Source: Bacteroidales bacterium
GTDB taxonomy: Bacteria; Bacteroidota; Bacteroidia; Bacteroidales; UBA3663
Direction: 5' to 3'
Assembly (NCBI GenBank): GCA_045598885.1
Contig: JAZRVB010000139.1
Location: 14,961-78,960 of the forward strand
Length of the DNA stretch: 64,000 nt
Shown here: positions 46,338-56,141 of the stretch, piece after piece
Numbering within the stretch: position 1 is the stretch's first letter
How the letters are laid out: each line of letters opens with the position of its first letter
The notes under the pieces: model-generated
What the model was told of the DNA's origin: nothing
Seen by the model: only the letters and a program-made list of their open reading frames with translations
Database searches by the model: none
Made by a program: the position numbers and the translations under genes

Positions 46338-48746
46338 TTAGTCCCAGTCAAGCGTAGCCTTTCCGCCACCTTCCTCTGGGTCATCCCACTTCTTGATCAT
46401 CACGCGGAACTCCATCTTCTCCTTCTCCAACAGGATGGTGTATGTATAGTTCTCACCACGCGTCCACTCTCCGATCGGATTTGTACCATAAATAGGAGTG
46501 CCATCAGTATTATTTCCCGTGATTACCTTACAGGTATTCAGCTGAATGCTATAGGTCGCACCATTTGCCAATGTAACGATGAGCTTCGCGTCATCTGAGA
46601 TGGTCTGCGGAATGACCATAAAGTCCTTCAATAGCTTTGTGGTCTCATCGACATCTTCAGTTGATGGATCATCAGTCACAGGAGGTTCAGTATTGGCTGC
46701 ACCATTGAGCATGGCTGGGATATAACCATTTGAGCCAAAGATCTTTTCTGCAGGTGTGCCAAGAGTGATATTGCCATTCTCAATCTGGATTGTACCGCTG
46801 GTTGCCAGATTCGTAATCTGAATCTTTGCACCCACCAGATTTACACAAGGATTGAGAGGATCATCTGCAGCGACTGGATTTCCTTCTCCATCCGTAGGAA
46901 TGGCTACATTCTTATTGACATCCTCCAGATTGAAGGTAACCTTGGTCATAATATGTTCGAAGGCCATCGGAACACCACCGGTACGAGGAGGAACGGCCGA
47001 GCCCTTTTCATACTTAGTATAATCTATATCTCCAGAGCCCTTGCCATAGTGCAAAGGTGTAGTAGCCCAAAGGATATCGCGGCCTTCTGCAATGGTACCT
47101 TGCTGTGCAGATACGCCCTTGTCTTCTTCATGCTCAGCATCTGCCAGATTGCCAACCTTTGAGATATTATATACTTCTGACTTTCCTGTACCGGTTGAAC
47201 TATTGAACTTGGCTAAAGCACGGAAATAATAATGATCAGTAGCATTTGGCCAATAGATCTCCGGCTCATTGTTCCAGGAGTCTTTTCCGTCGTCTGAAGA
47301 ATCTGCGTACTTACAGATTGTGGCATAGGTATATTGTCCATTGGTATGATTATCATCAGCCTCATCTGATGAAGTCGACGTATTCTTCAGCGTAAACAAA
47401 CTGAATGTGGCATCTTGGACAAAGCGATTCTGATCGATCGTCTTAATATCGATCTTGCCATCACTATCTGGATCATCATTGAAAACCTCAGAGGCATGAG
47501 GATCAAGAATGATATCAGCTTCTGTTTGAGCCGAGACTTTTTTCCAATCCAGAATTGTAGCCTTTGCCGAGATAGACTGCTTGTCAATGGTTACAATGAT
47601 GTGATAGTTTACACCTGGCAAGGTAAGGCCACCGTTTTCTGCTGTATAACCATTTGTAGCTGTCGAAGGCGTGATAGTCGCTGCATCATAAGCTGCCAAC
47701 TGGGTATTCCATGCCGAATAACCAGTGGTTGCAGTAGTGATGATTGCATTCGTGAGCTTCAAGTCATAGTTGTTGCCATCGAAACCCTCAAGCTTAGCAA
47801 AAGGAGCATCATCAGAAGAAGCCTTGATGAGTGTAGGTGCTACAATAGCAGAGAAGGTACAAGACTTTTTTCCATCGTCAAATGGAGTTCCCTTCTCCAT
47901 GATAATATTTCCGAGTGTGGCACCTTTGGTCAACGTCATGGTTGGTGCGGTCAGCGAGCTCGTCGTAGCCATATCCATCAACGTGATCTTGGCACCACTG
48001 AAATTCTCATCCTTATTATCATCAAAACCTGCACGGCAGACCACCTCTACAGTAATCTTGCTCATAGCATGAGTATAAGGGAGGACGAGCTTAGGGCGTG
48101 ATGCAGTAGCATGATTATACCTGATTGGGGTCTGCTCAGCCGACCAGAGGAGATCGCTGGTCTTGATTCCGCTTGACTGATCGGTCAGTACAGACCATGT
48201 CAAAGTGCCAGCAGTAGCATCAGTCAATGAAATACCAGTACGCCCATTATAGCAGTAGCCATAGTAGCTCTGCAGATAATGGCTATCTGTTCGCAGATCA
48301 TAGTCAGCATCGATTGAGTTGCTAAAATCATCCCAATAAAGACCTCCGCTGACGGTCAGATCCTCTGCCTGATTCGTGTTTGTGGAAGTAAGTCCCAACG
48401 CGACATTTGTGCCAATAGGCGTAATATCCGAACCAGAATAGGCTGCCACTTCGGTACTACCCTTCACAAAGGACACAAGTCGAGGAGATCTATCTGCCGT
48501 TACAAGCGTTCTTGGATCTGATGTAGTTCCATTCCAAGTCACATGACGCAGATAAGCCAAGAGCTCATCCCCTTCTTCAAACTTCATATCAGCAGCACGC
48601 GTCTCTGCGCCAGCGACATCGAGCAATGCCGTAGCTACAATCGGAGTCTTCTCCGTACCATTGAGGAACGGATTCTGGACGCCCATATCATCTGCACATG
48701 AAGACAGAGCGGCTATCCCTAATATATAAAATAATGACTTTCGCAT
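46338..48746 (-). CDS. double-module fimbrillin-like lipoprotein (802 aa)
   Basis: Lipobox AALSSC|ADD. AETRAA motif. Module 1 has LPYTHAMSKITVEV and ends at ATILDWKKV (about aa 400). Module 2 has MAFEHIMTKVTFNL and ends at KATLDWD. Confidence 0.75.
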   Translation of the reverse strand: MRKSLFYILGIAALSSCADDMGVQNPFLNGTEKTPIVATALLDVAGAETRAADMKFEEGDELLAYLRHVTWNGTTSDPRTLVTADRSPRLVSFVKGSTEVAAYSGSDITPIGTNVALGLTSTNTNQAEDLTVSGGLYWDDFSNSIDADYDLRTDSHYLQSYYGYCYNGRTGISLTDATAGTLTWSVLTDQSSGIKTSDLLWSAEQTPIRYNHATASRPKLVLPYTHAMSKITVEVVCRAGFDDNKDENFSGAKITLMDMATTSSLTAPTMTLTKGATLGNIIMEKGTPFDDGKKSCTFSAIVAPTLIKASSDDAPFAKLEGFDGNNYDLKLTNAIITTATTGYSAWNTQLAAYDAATITPSTATNGYTAENGGLTLPGVNYHIIVTIDKQSISAKATILDWKKVSAQTEADIILDPHASEVFNDDPDSDGKIDIKTIDQNRFVQDATFSLFTLKNTSTSSDEADDNHTNGQYTYATICKYADSSDDGKDSWNNEPEIYWPNATDHYYFRALAKFNSSTGTGKSEVYNISKVGNLADAEHEEDKGVSAQQGTIAEGRDILWATTPLHYGKGSGDIDYTKYEKGSAVPPRTGGVPMAFEHIMTKVTFNLEDVNKNVAIPTDGEGNPVAADDPLNPCVNLVGAKIQITNLATSGTIQIENGNITLGTPAEKIFGSNGYIPAMLNGAANTEPPVTDDPSTEDVDETTKLLKDFMVIPQTISDDAKLIVTLANGATYSIQLNTCKVITGNNTDGTPIYGTNPIGEWTRGENYTYTILLEKEKMEFRVMIKKWDDPEEGGGKATLDWD

Positions 48747-48756
48747 AATATCTTAT

Positions 48757-50928
48757 TTAGAACCAAATGCTACTTTCCGCTTTCACAGTTTTCCAATCGG
48801 TGATAGTGGCATTGACGTTGATCTGTGTCTTCTTCACATCAAGTTCATAGATGTAGTACTCTCCATGTTTCCATTCTGTGACCGCTGAGGTTTTGTCTTT
48901 CTCTGGAATTGTATTCACTTGCACCTCATACACATCAACATGATCTGTATCGAAGGTCACCGTGATTCTGAACTTCACATTGCCACCCAGCACCTGTGGC
49001 AAGACGGCGTCACGAGTCGTGACCGCGTAAGTCACGTCATTCTCGGTTACAGGAGTCTCCAATTCCGACAAAAGGTAATCTCCCTTATCCGTCTCTTTCC
49101 AATCATCATGAAGGCCATCTGAAAGCTTGATACGACCAGACTTATAACCATCAATAATCTCGACTTTGACATTATCATTTGTCATAGATACAAGATTACC
49201 GGCATCGGATGTACCCGTTGACTTCAAGCGAACTTCGACCTTACTCATTGCATACTCGAAGTTCATCGTTACGGTACCCGTAGTAGCACAGATACCGTTA
49301 GCATCTTCCGTCATTCCTGAATGCTGACAAGTGGTTCCTGTAGTACGAGGCAATGCAATAGCGAGGTCTGAAGGATAGGTATCAACCACATAGCGTACAT
49401 TCTCCACCGCAATTACGTCATTGCCGTCAACGACAGTCACAGCCTCAGTAGGCAAAGAAGAATCGGAATTTGCAGTTGCTTCAGTTCCAATCAAAGGACT
49501 CACACCACGGAAGAAATAATGAGTATTGTGGTCTGGCCAGTAGAGCACCTTGTCCCAAGAACCAGCGCCATCGGCATAAGTATAACTTGCCGCAGGATTG
49601 ATTCCATCCAATTCAACATCTTCATCATAACCTGCAGGTATTGTCAAACTGCGGAAGAAATCAAAGCTATGATCAAATGCTGTCTGAGTATTATCGCCGT
49701 ATGATGTATCGACATTGATCAGTGGCAATGCAGTTTCTGAATTTATAGTTATCCAATCCTTAATCGTAGCATCGACCACAATCTTGGTCTTATTCACAGT
49801 AATATTCAGAACATAGTTCTTGCCAGGCTCCATTGTTCCAGATACCGTTCCTGTAGTACCAGCAGCATTCATAGCCTTTACCAGCTGAGCGGCAGTGACA
49901 TAATACACGTTACCATCCGCATCGAGCTTCAGGATTTCATCCGGGCTCGTTGGTGTATTTTTAGTGTCATCAGCAATAGTCGCAGTGAAAGTATTGCCAG
50001 GGAATACGATAGCATCAAACTGGGCAGTAGCGGTAGTCGTCCCTGAGACTATCGTTGTTGAGCTAGCACCACCGACTACGGTTCTGGTATTGATCTTATC
50101 TTGAGAAACCTGTTCAGTTGTAGCACCCGTAGTAATATTAACTTTACCCTGTATGTAAAAATCAAGAAGAGTGACAGTAGGATTATTCACAAACTTACCT
50201 CCCGTAAAACCTTCTCCAGGTGTCAAGTTGACCGTAATCTTGCTCATGGCATGCTTAAACTCAAGCAATTTGCCAGCACCCTTTTCATCGAACTTGTAAG
50301 TGCCATCCTCGCCTCCTTCCTTCACATTGTTCGAGATAAGCAGGTCATTAGCACTCCAACCTGAGGACTGATTGACAGGAACACTCCAAGCAATAGTCGC
50401 CCAGGCATCAGACGAAGACAGATCTTTAATTGCCGTTGGCAGATTGTCAGCCGAAGTCACGCCATCTACTGTCACACCATAAATAGAGAGACCCTTCAAA
50501 CGGCCACGAGGATTTGTGTCAGTACCTTTATTATTCGGGTCAGCCGTACCATAGTCATCCCAGTTAAGTGCTGGAGATAGCGAGAGGTGACGATGAGTAT
50601 TATAACCGTCTACCACATCTCCTGCCGTACCTAATGACACGTTAACTACCTGTTCTCCAGATGTGGCTTCAGCGCTCTTCCACCAATCACCAATCACCTG
50701 CAAGCGCATCACTGTACTTTCTGTCATGATCACATGCTTGTCATGATGATCCTCAACTCCGGCACGAGTATTTACCCCCGAGAACCCGCTCTGTGAGATT
50801 CCGGCCATGAGCTCGATGGCTTTATCGGTCTCTCCGACGGTGTAGACAGGTGTCACGGCCTCCTCCTCGCTACATGCAGCGAAGAGTGCCAGGGCTGTAC
50901 CCATATATAAATAATGTGTAAGCTTCAT
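48757..50928 (-). CDS. double-module fimbrillin-like lipoprotein (723 aa)
   Basis: Lipobox ALFAAC|SEE. VNTRAG motif. Module 1 has LEFKHAMSKITVNL and ends at ATIKDWITI (about aa 392). Module 2 has MNFEYAMSKVEVRL and ends at ATITDWKTV. Confidence 0.75.
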   Translation of the reverse strand: MKLTHYLYMGTALALFAACSEEEAVTPVYTVGETDKAIELMAGISQSGFSGVNTRAGVEDHHDKHVIMTESTVMRLQVIGDWWKSAEATSGEQVVNVSLGTAGDVVDGYNTHRHLSLSPALNWDDYGTADPNNKGTDTNPRGRLKGLSIYGVTVDGVTSADNLPTAIKDLSSSDAWATIAWSVPVNQSSGWSANDLLISNNVKEGGEDGTYKFDEKGAGKLLEFKHAMSKITVNLTPGEGFTGGKFVNNPTVTLLDFYIQGKVNITTGATTEQVSQDKINTRTVVGGASSTTIVSGTTTATAQFDAIVFPGNTFTATIADDTKNTPTSPDEILKLDADGNVYYVTAAQLVKAMNAAGTTGTVSGTMEPGKNYVLNITVNKTKIVVDATIKDWITINSETALPLINVDTSYGDNTQTAFDHSFDFFRSLTIPAGYDEDVELDGINPAASYTYADGAGSWDKVLYWPDHNTHYFFRGVSPLIGTEATANSDSSLPTEAVTVVDGNDVIAVENVRYVVDTYPSDLAIALPRTTGTTCQHSGMTEDANGICATTGTVTMNFEYAMSKVEVRLKSTGTSDAGNLVSMTNDNVKVEIIDGYKSGRIKLSDGLHDDWKETDKGDYLLSELETPVTENDVTYAVTTRDAVLPQVLGGNVKFRITVTFDTDHVDVYEVQVNTIPEKDKTSAVTEWKHGEYYIYELDVKKTQINVNATITDWKTVKAESSIWF

Positions 50929-50934
50929 CTTGCT

Positions 50935-53427
50935 TTACTTGATTTGTACGTTATCATCGCCAGCAATTACATTCTCCCAATCGAGAATCGTAACTGCCAG
51001 ATCATATACACCCTTCTTCTTCAAAGTGAACGTATAGGTATATTTGAAGTTCGGGTACCAACGATCGATCTTATATTTACCCGAGTTCGCTTCGGTTTCA
51101 AGATATGGATTGACGATGTTGTTCGAAGTCACAGCAGTACCACCTGTTGTAGCAGCTATCAGATTCATCATGTTGATCTCATACTTGTTTTCATCTGGCG
51201 TAGTGATTACCAAAACTACATCATCCAGAGCCTGAGGGATGGCGCCATATTTACTCCAGGTGATAACTGAGGCATCAGGTGCAGGATGGGCTTCGAAAGG
51301 ATAGCTTGCGACTGGCGTATTCGCCATCACCAAGCCATTACCCATCAACAGCTTACCAGTCGTAGCAATGTTCTTGAACTCAAGGGTTGTGCAATTACCG
51401 ACAGTTCCATTGCCTAAGCTGACCCCCGCATCACCAGCTTCCGTCTTTACTATAATGGTGACCTCGCTCATCATGTGGAACATTATCAGCTTGATCTGTT
51501 CTTCAGTAGGACCAATGGCTTTGTAGATCTGATGCTTGTCTTTATTCTCTGATTTGGTAAAATCAATATTATCCAAACCATCAAAACCATTTAATGTAGG
51601 GCCATAGTTCCATTTGAAAGATCCTGGCACATTATCTTTTTTATCATCAAGCATAGGCGCACCCCAGCAGATGTCCTTGTAAGTCTCACCATGCTCAAGA
51701 GACAGATAATCATAATCTATGTCATCTGTTGCCTGCACAATTGAAGGAACAGTAGATTTTGGCGTAGTTGTTCCATCATGAGCTTCACACAAAGCGCGGA
51801 AATGATAAAAATTCTTGTTATTATCCCAGAACCAGTTAGTTGACCAATGGTCTGTAACATAAGAAGGAGTCAGACCCTCCTCATTATAACCTTTCGTCCA
51901 ATTATAAGATGCAAATTCATCATTAATAGCACCTGTATTATTGTCTGAAGCGCGATAAAGAGAGAACTTATCTGTTGACTTCAGGCCATCTCCGCGCTCC
52001 TCCAGCATAAGTTCAATGCGAGCATTAGACGGAGTGGTATTGATTGCACTTACCGTCTCCCAATCTACAATCTGAGCTGAAACCGACTCGATCGCCTTCT
52101 TGCCGATCGTAAACGAGAACTCATAATTTATACCAGCCTTGAGCTTAGTGCGGTCTGTTAAGATAGTGGTCTTTACACCCCCATCGTCACAATTTGCAGC
52201 ATTGCCAGCCAAAGCATCCAACAGATACTTCTTTGAGAGTTTGTAATCGTTACCTGCAATAGAAATAGTAAGTGCGTCTGACACACTGCTTTCATTGAGA
52301 TCATCTCCAGGAATTACGAAAGCCAGAAGCGTATAAGCGGGCTTCCCTGCTTCATTGACTGGTGTAGGATCGGTATTGCAGATCGAACTCCAATTGCCAG
52401 TAGCAATATCCGACCATTCTCCTGTCTTGATATTCAGATAACCTTGCTTATTGAAACCCTTCATGGCAATATTCTTGCCCGTATCGAACAAGAAATTCGT
52501 ATTGTCGAAACCACTGCCCCAATAAAGCTTGATAGTAATAAGCGACATGGCACGACGGAAAAGCAATTGGCCTTTATCAAACTTTCCCGTTGACTTATTG
52601 CTAAACTTCAGGACTTCGTCATCTGTAATATTGTTGCTATAGCAGAGATCGTCTTTGTAAAGCGTAGAGATGTAGGTCTGTGAAGAATATGACGGATGCA
52701 TACCAATCGTCCATTTCATCAATGAACCATTTGACTGTTCTGCTCCAATCTTATAATCAATATCTCCAGTGTACCACTGATTTGCGCCATTACTGGCGAT
52801 TTTATTAATCTTCTGATTCCATGGCGCACCACTAGGAAGAATCGTATTGGCTACACAAACACCATATACACTAATCTGAGCATCACGGGCATAAGCATCA
52901 TCCCAATATCTCCAGCTTCCTTCAAAAGCCTTGGTATCCGTAACCGTTTTAGAACCAGTCAATTCATTGGCAGGATCTTCGTAAGTCTGCGAACAATTAT
53001 TCTCGTCATTAAAGCTTATCGCAGATGCTTTCTGTGTATCTGTCCATTTCGTTGGATCTGCATTTAAGTTAGAAGGTGCCGTACCGCTACCCTTAGCCAG
53101 ACCATAAGTAACGGCATAAGTGTCAGCTCTTCCTAGAGTTGAGCCATCTTGACTCACCAGCAACATGTGCAGACGAGTATCCTTCTCAAATGCAGTAATC
53201 TTGCCCTCACCATCGATCACGACAGCACGAGTGAGAGGACGCTCACCAAGATCCTGTCTGCTGGTAGCCGTCAGTTCGATCGGCGTCTTCACCACCTCAG
53301 GTTTTGGTTCAGGATCCGGAGTCGGAGGAGTAACGATATCTTCCACACCGCCTTTATCAGCACAGGCTCCGAGAGCCAATGCTGACGTGAGGGTAAAGAG
53401 ATTGATATATAACAGATGTTTTTGCAT
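50935..53427 (-). CDS. double-module fimbrillin-like lipoprotein (830 aa)
   Basis: Lipobox LALGAC|ADK. PLTRAV motif. Module 1 has LLFRRAMSLITIKL and ends at AQIVDWETV. Module 2 has LIMFHMMSEVTIIV and ends at VTILDWENV. Confidence 0.75.
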   Translation of the reverse strand: MQKHLLYINLFTLTSALALGACADKGGVEDIVTPPTPDPEPKPEVVKTPIELTATSRQDLGERPLTRAVVIDGEGKITAFEKDTRLHMLLVSQDGSTLGRADTYAVTYGLAKGSGTAPSNLNADPTKWTDTQKASAISFNDENNCSQTYEDPANELTGSKTVTDTKAFEGSWRYWDDAYARDAQISVYGVCVANTILPSGAPWNQKINKIASNGANQWYTGDIDYKIGAEQSNGSLMKWTIGMHPSYSSQTYISTLYKDDLCYSNNITDDEVLKFSNKSTGKFDKGQLLFRRAMSLITIKLYWGSGFDNTNFLFDTGKNIAMKGFNKQGYLNIKTGEWSDIATGNWSSICNTDPTPVNEAGKPAYTLLAFVIPGDDLNESSVSDALTISIAGNDYKLSKKYLLDALAGNAANCDDGGVKTTILTDRTKLKAGINYEFSFTIGKKAIESVSAQIVDWETVSAINTTPSNARIELMLEERGDGLKSTDKFSLYRASDNNTGAINDEFASYNWTKGYNEEGLTPSYVTDHWSTNWFWDNNKNFYHFRALCEAHDGTTTPKSTVPSIVQATDDIDYDYLSLEHGETYKDICWGAPMLDDKKDNVPGSFKWNYGPTLNGFDGLDNIDFTKSENKDKHQIYKAIGPTEEQIKLIMFHMMSEVTIIVKTEAGDAGVSLGNGTVGNCTTLEFKNIATTGKLLMGNGLVMANTPVASYPFEAHPAPDASVITWSKYGAIPQALDDVVLVITTPDENKYEINMMNLIAATTGGTAVTSNNIVNPYLETEANSGKYKIDRWYPNFKYTYTFTLKKKGVYDLAVTILDWENVIAGDDNVQIK

Positions 53428-53492
53428 CTTATATATTTATTATTGTTTATTGTTTTATTGCTTTGAATCCGTGAAACGGTATCTTTTGAGCA

Positions 53493-53618
53493 GGAACGGA
53501 CGTCTTGAGTGCACGGCGTCCATTCTTTGTCGCGGGAATGGACAGCCTGAGTCCACGGCGTCCTTTCTTTGCAGCGGGAATGGACATTCTGAGTCCACGG
53601 CGTCCATTCCTTGATCGC
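53493..53618. repeat. tandem hairpin array, 42-bp period, 3 units
   Basis: Units start at 53493, 53535 and 53577 (GGAA[C/T]GGAC..16 nt..GTCC[A/T]TTC). The clearest, unit 3, pairs GGAATGGAC with GTCCATTCC. Located in the 278-bp gap between the 800-aa and 830-aa genes. Confidence 0.85.
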
Positions 53619-53652
53619 GGAAGCTGACATCGCGTACGTGTTGTCAGCTTCC
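53619..53652 (-). terminator. perfect 11-bp hairpin adjoining the 42-bp array (attenuator/terminator or RNA-stability element)
   Basis: GGAAGCTGACA (53619-53629), a 12-nt loop, then TGTCAGCTTCC (53642-53652). In the sense direction it is the first structure after the 800-aa gene's stop at 53706. Confidence 0.45.
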
Positions 53653-53705
53653 ACGAGTCAGGATCGGACAAACTGAGATCAGTTGTACGATCGACAAGTT
53701 GTTTT

Positions 53706-56108
53706 TTAGCTTTCGAGGTCAATCTCTGTACCAGCACCAACGACAGTAACCCAGTCAGCCACGGTACAGGTAATATTCTCGATACCCTTCTTGGTGATCT
53801 TGAAGGTATACTTGTAGGTGTGATTTGGATACCAGCGGGTGATCTTGTCACCTTCTTCTTGATTACGATCACTTGTCACACTATCGGCCACAATATCGCT
53901 GAGCTTTGTAATGACATAATACTGGTTCTCATCGCTAGTGGTGATAGTGATACCGACATACTGAGTATCAGTTCCGGTTCCACGAGTCAAAGTCTGAGGA
54001 ATCACTGCACAGGTGAAAGGTTTGGTCAAATCCTTAGCTGTACCATGATCAGCAGCCCAGTAATCTGTACTTGAAGGTGCAGTCGTTGCTTGTTCTGCAT
54101 CTGCAGCAACTGCAGCTGGAGTAATCAAGCCTGTACCCATATCAACGGTAGCCGAAGTTGCAAGATTGGTAATCTTGATGGTAGCGCCCGAAAGATCGAC
54201 CTTATCGTCACCTGTACTTGTCTTGAGGACAATCTCAAGATTGCTCATCATGTGAAGCTCCTGAATCTTGATATCACTCTCTGTTGAGGTTACGCCCTTG
54301 TGGATATTATCTGCGAAACCCTTATCCTCATCATAGGCAAGATCCGTTCCAGTTGCCATCGGAGCACCCCAATGATAATCCTTTTTAGTGGCATCTGCAG
54401 TCATAGTGAAGTAGCTCTTTTTATCAGTTGTATTTTGGATGTTCTTATCCGTTTCAGTTCCGGTAGCACCTTCATTAGCTGCCAGATTATTCAGTGTACG
54501 GAAGTGATAAGCAGTCTTATTGTTATCGTAGTACCAATTGGTCTTATACTTATTAATCTCATTTCCGTCTTTGTCTGTCATCTTTGAAATAGTAGCTACA
54601 CCCTCGGTCTTATAGTCACCGCTCCAATTTACTGCAGAATAATCGTCAGTTGTATTAATTCCACCTGCCAATTCCTCTGCCAGACGATAGAAGTTGATCT
54701 CAGTGCAGTTAGTACCCGTTGGATTCAAGAATGTAAACTCTACGTGAGAGTTATCCATACTCTCCTCAGCAGCTTCAACGACAACCCAATCTGCCAAGGT
54801 AGCGGTGATGTTCTCAATCTTAGCCTTGTTGAGGACGATGGTGAACTTATAGTGCTTACCCTGCTCCATGGTGATAGGATCTGTCTGGCCAACCATATCG
54901 CCATCACCAGTGTCCTTGGTTCCATTACCATTTGCATCATAGGTCAAAGCATCAAACAGGTTATCCTGCGTGATGTAATAGGTATTATCGTCGATGGTAA
55001 ACTCAAAGACATTGGTCTTATCGCCATCGGTCAGGACATAACCTGGGAGTACCTGGGCCTGGTAGGTGCCAGCGGCGGTAGTTCCAGATGACGTTTTGGC
55101 TATCTTGGCAATATCACCTTTGGCCACAGCATCCTCTCCATAGCTCCAGGTACCGGTCTTGATGTCGAGAGTACCCTTGACATACATTTTTTTGAGCGTA
55201 ATATTAGTACCAGAGGCGAAAGCGAAAGAACCCGAAAAGTTCTCGGTTGACTGCGTCAGAGTGATAGAAATACGGGTAAGCGCATGATTAAAGACAAGGT
55301 GACCCTTATCAAATTTACCAGAAGAGGTCTTATCGGCAGGAGTTTTCAAGGCAATTCTCAGCTGGCCGTCCTTATGAGTTGTATTTCCGGTTTCCTGAGG
55401 CTCATATTTCTCTTCTGTGAAATTCCATACATATCGACCATCCTTGCCTAATGTAGCATCCTGCTGAATATTATTGCTATAGCAAAGATCCTCACTGTCA
55501 ATAGAGGTTGTAGTCTGCTCGGTAGTCTTGACAATCCATTCGATATTATTATTCGATATTTTGTCCGATGTATCTACATGCCAGTTTGGATTATTAGTAG
55601 AGCTGACACTCTCGCCACCCCAATTGACCAAATTCTCAAGAGTTACATCATTGTTGGAAGGCGAAGTTGACTGAGGTACTGCTACTGCATATACAGAAAT
55701 ATTGGCATAACGGCCGAATGCATCATCCCAATAACGGATATAACTATTATCATTACTGCCCGCTGCATAATTCACTACAGAGTATTTTGAGTCATCTTCG
55801 CCCGTTTTCTCAACTCCGGCAGTAAGCACAGTTTTCGTTGTTCGCTTATCGGAACCAGAAGTAGGGGCAACTCCTACCTCGCTCTTGAAACTTTCAAATC
55901 GAGCCACGATCTGCGTCGCAGCAGTGAATCCGGCACGTGTCTGTGGAGTTGCACCAGCAGCGCCCATATCGCTGACGGTGAATGCGATGGCCTCCTTCTG
56001 GCCTGAAGGAGCTTCTTCCTCGATGAAATCAGAGACTTTGTCTTCATCGGAGCAAGCGACTGCGGTCATCGCGGTGGCTATGAATAATGGATAGAGATAC
56101 TTTTTCAT
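53706..56108 (-). CDS. double-module fimbrillin-like lipoprotein (800 aa)
   Basis: Lipobox TAVAC|SDE. PQTRAG motif. Module 1 has LVFNHALTRISITL and ends at ATLADWVVV. Module 2 has IQELHMMSNLEIVL and ends at CTVADWVTV. Confidence 0.75.
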   Translation of the reverse strand: MKKYLYPLFIATAMTAVACSDEDKVSDFIEEEAPSGQKEAIAFTVSDMGAAGATPQTRAGFTAATQIVARFESFKSEVGVAPTSGSDKRTTKTVLTAGVEKTGEDDSKYSVVNYAAGSNDNSYIRYWDDAFGRYANISVYAVAVPQSTSPSNNDVTLENLVNWGGESVSSTNNPNWHVDTSDKISNNNIEWIVKTTEQTTTSIDSEDLCYSNNIQQDATLGKDGRYVWNFTEEKYEPQETGNTTHKDGQLRIALKTPADKTSSGKFDKGHLVFNHALTRISITLTQSTENFSGSFAFASGTNITLKKMYVKGTLDIKTGTWSYGEDAVAKGDIAKIAKTSSGTTAAGTYQAQVLPGYVLTDGDKTNVFEFTIDDNTYYITQDNLFDALTYDANGNGTKDTGDGDMVGQTDPITMEQGKHYKFTIVLNKAKIENITATLADWVVVEAAEESMDNSHVEFTFLNPTGTNCTEINFYRLAEELAGGINTTDDYSAVNWSGDYKTEGVATISKMTDKDGNEINKYKTNWYYDNNKTAYHFRTLNNLAANEGATGTETDKNIQNTTDKKSYFTMTADATKKDYHWGAPMATGTDLAYDEDKGFADNIHKGVTSTESDIKIQELHMMSNLEIVLKTSTGDDKVDLSGATIKITNLATSATVDMGTGLITPAAVAADAEQATTAPSSTDYWAADHGTAKDLTKPFTCAVIPQTLTRGTGTDTQYVGITITTSDENQYYVITKLSDIVADSVTSDRNQEEGDKITRWYPNHTYKYTFKITKKGIENITCTVADWVTVVGAGTEIDLES

Positions 56109-56141
56109 ATTGTAGTTTTTATTATTTGCGAAAGTAAGTAA

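Noticed and set aside
53165-53872. Three overlapping ORFs (149, 121 and 141 aa) spanning the 53.4-53.7 kb gap.
   Set aside because: They are translations of the tandem hairpin units (repeating NG..ESTAS / KEWTPWTQ peptides) and extend into neighbouring genes out of frame.
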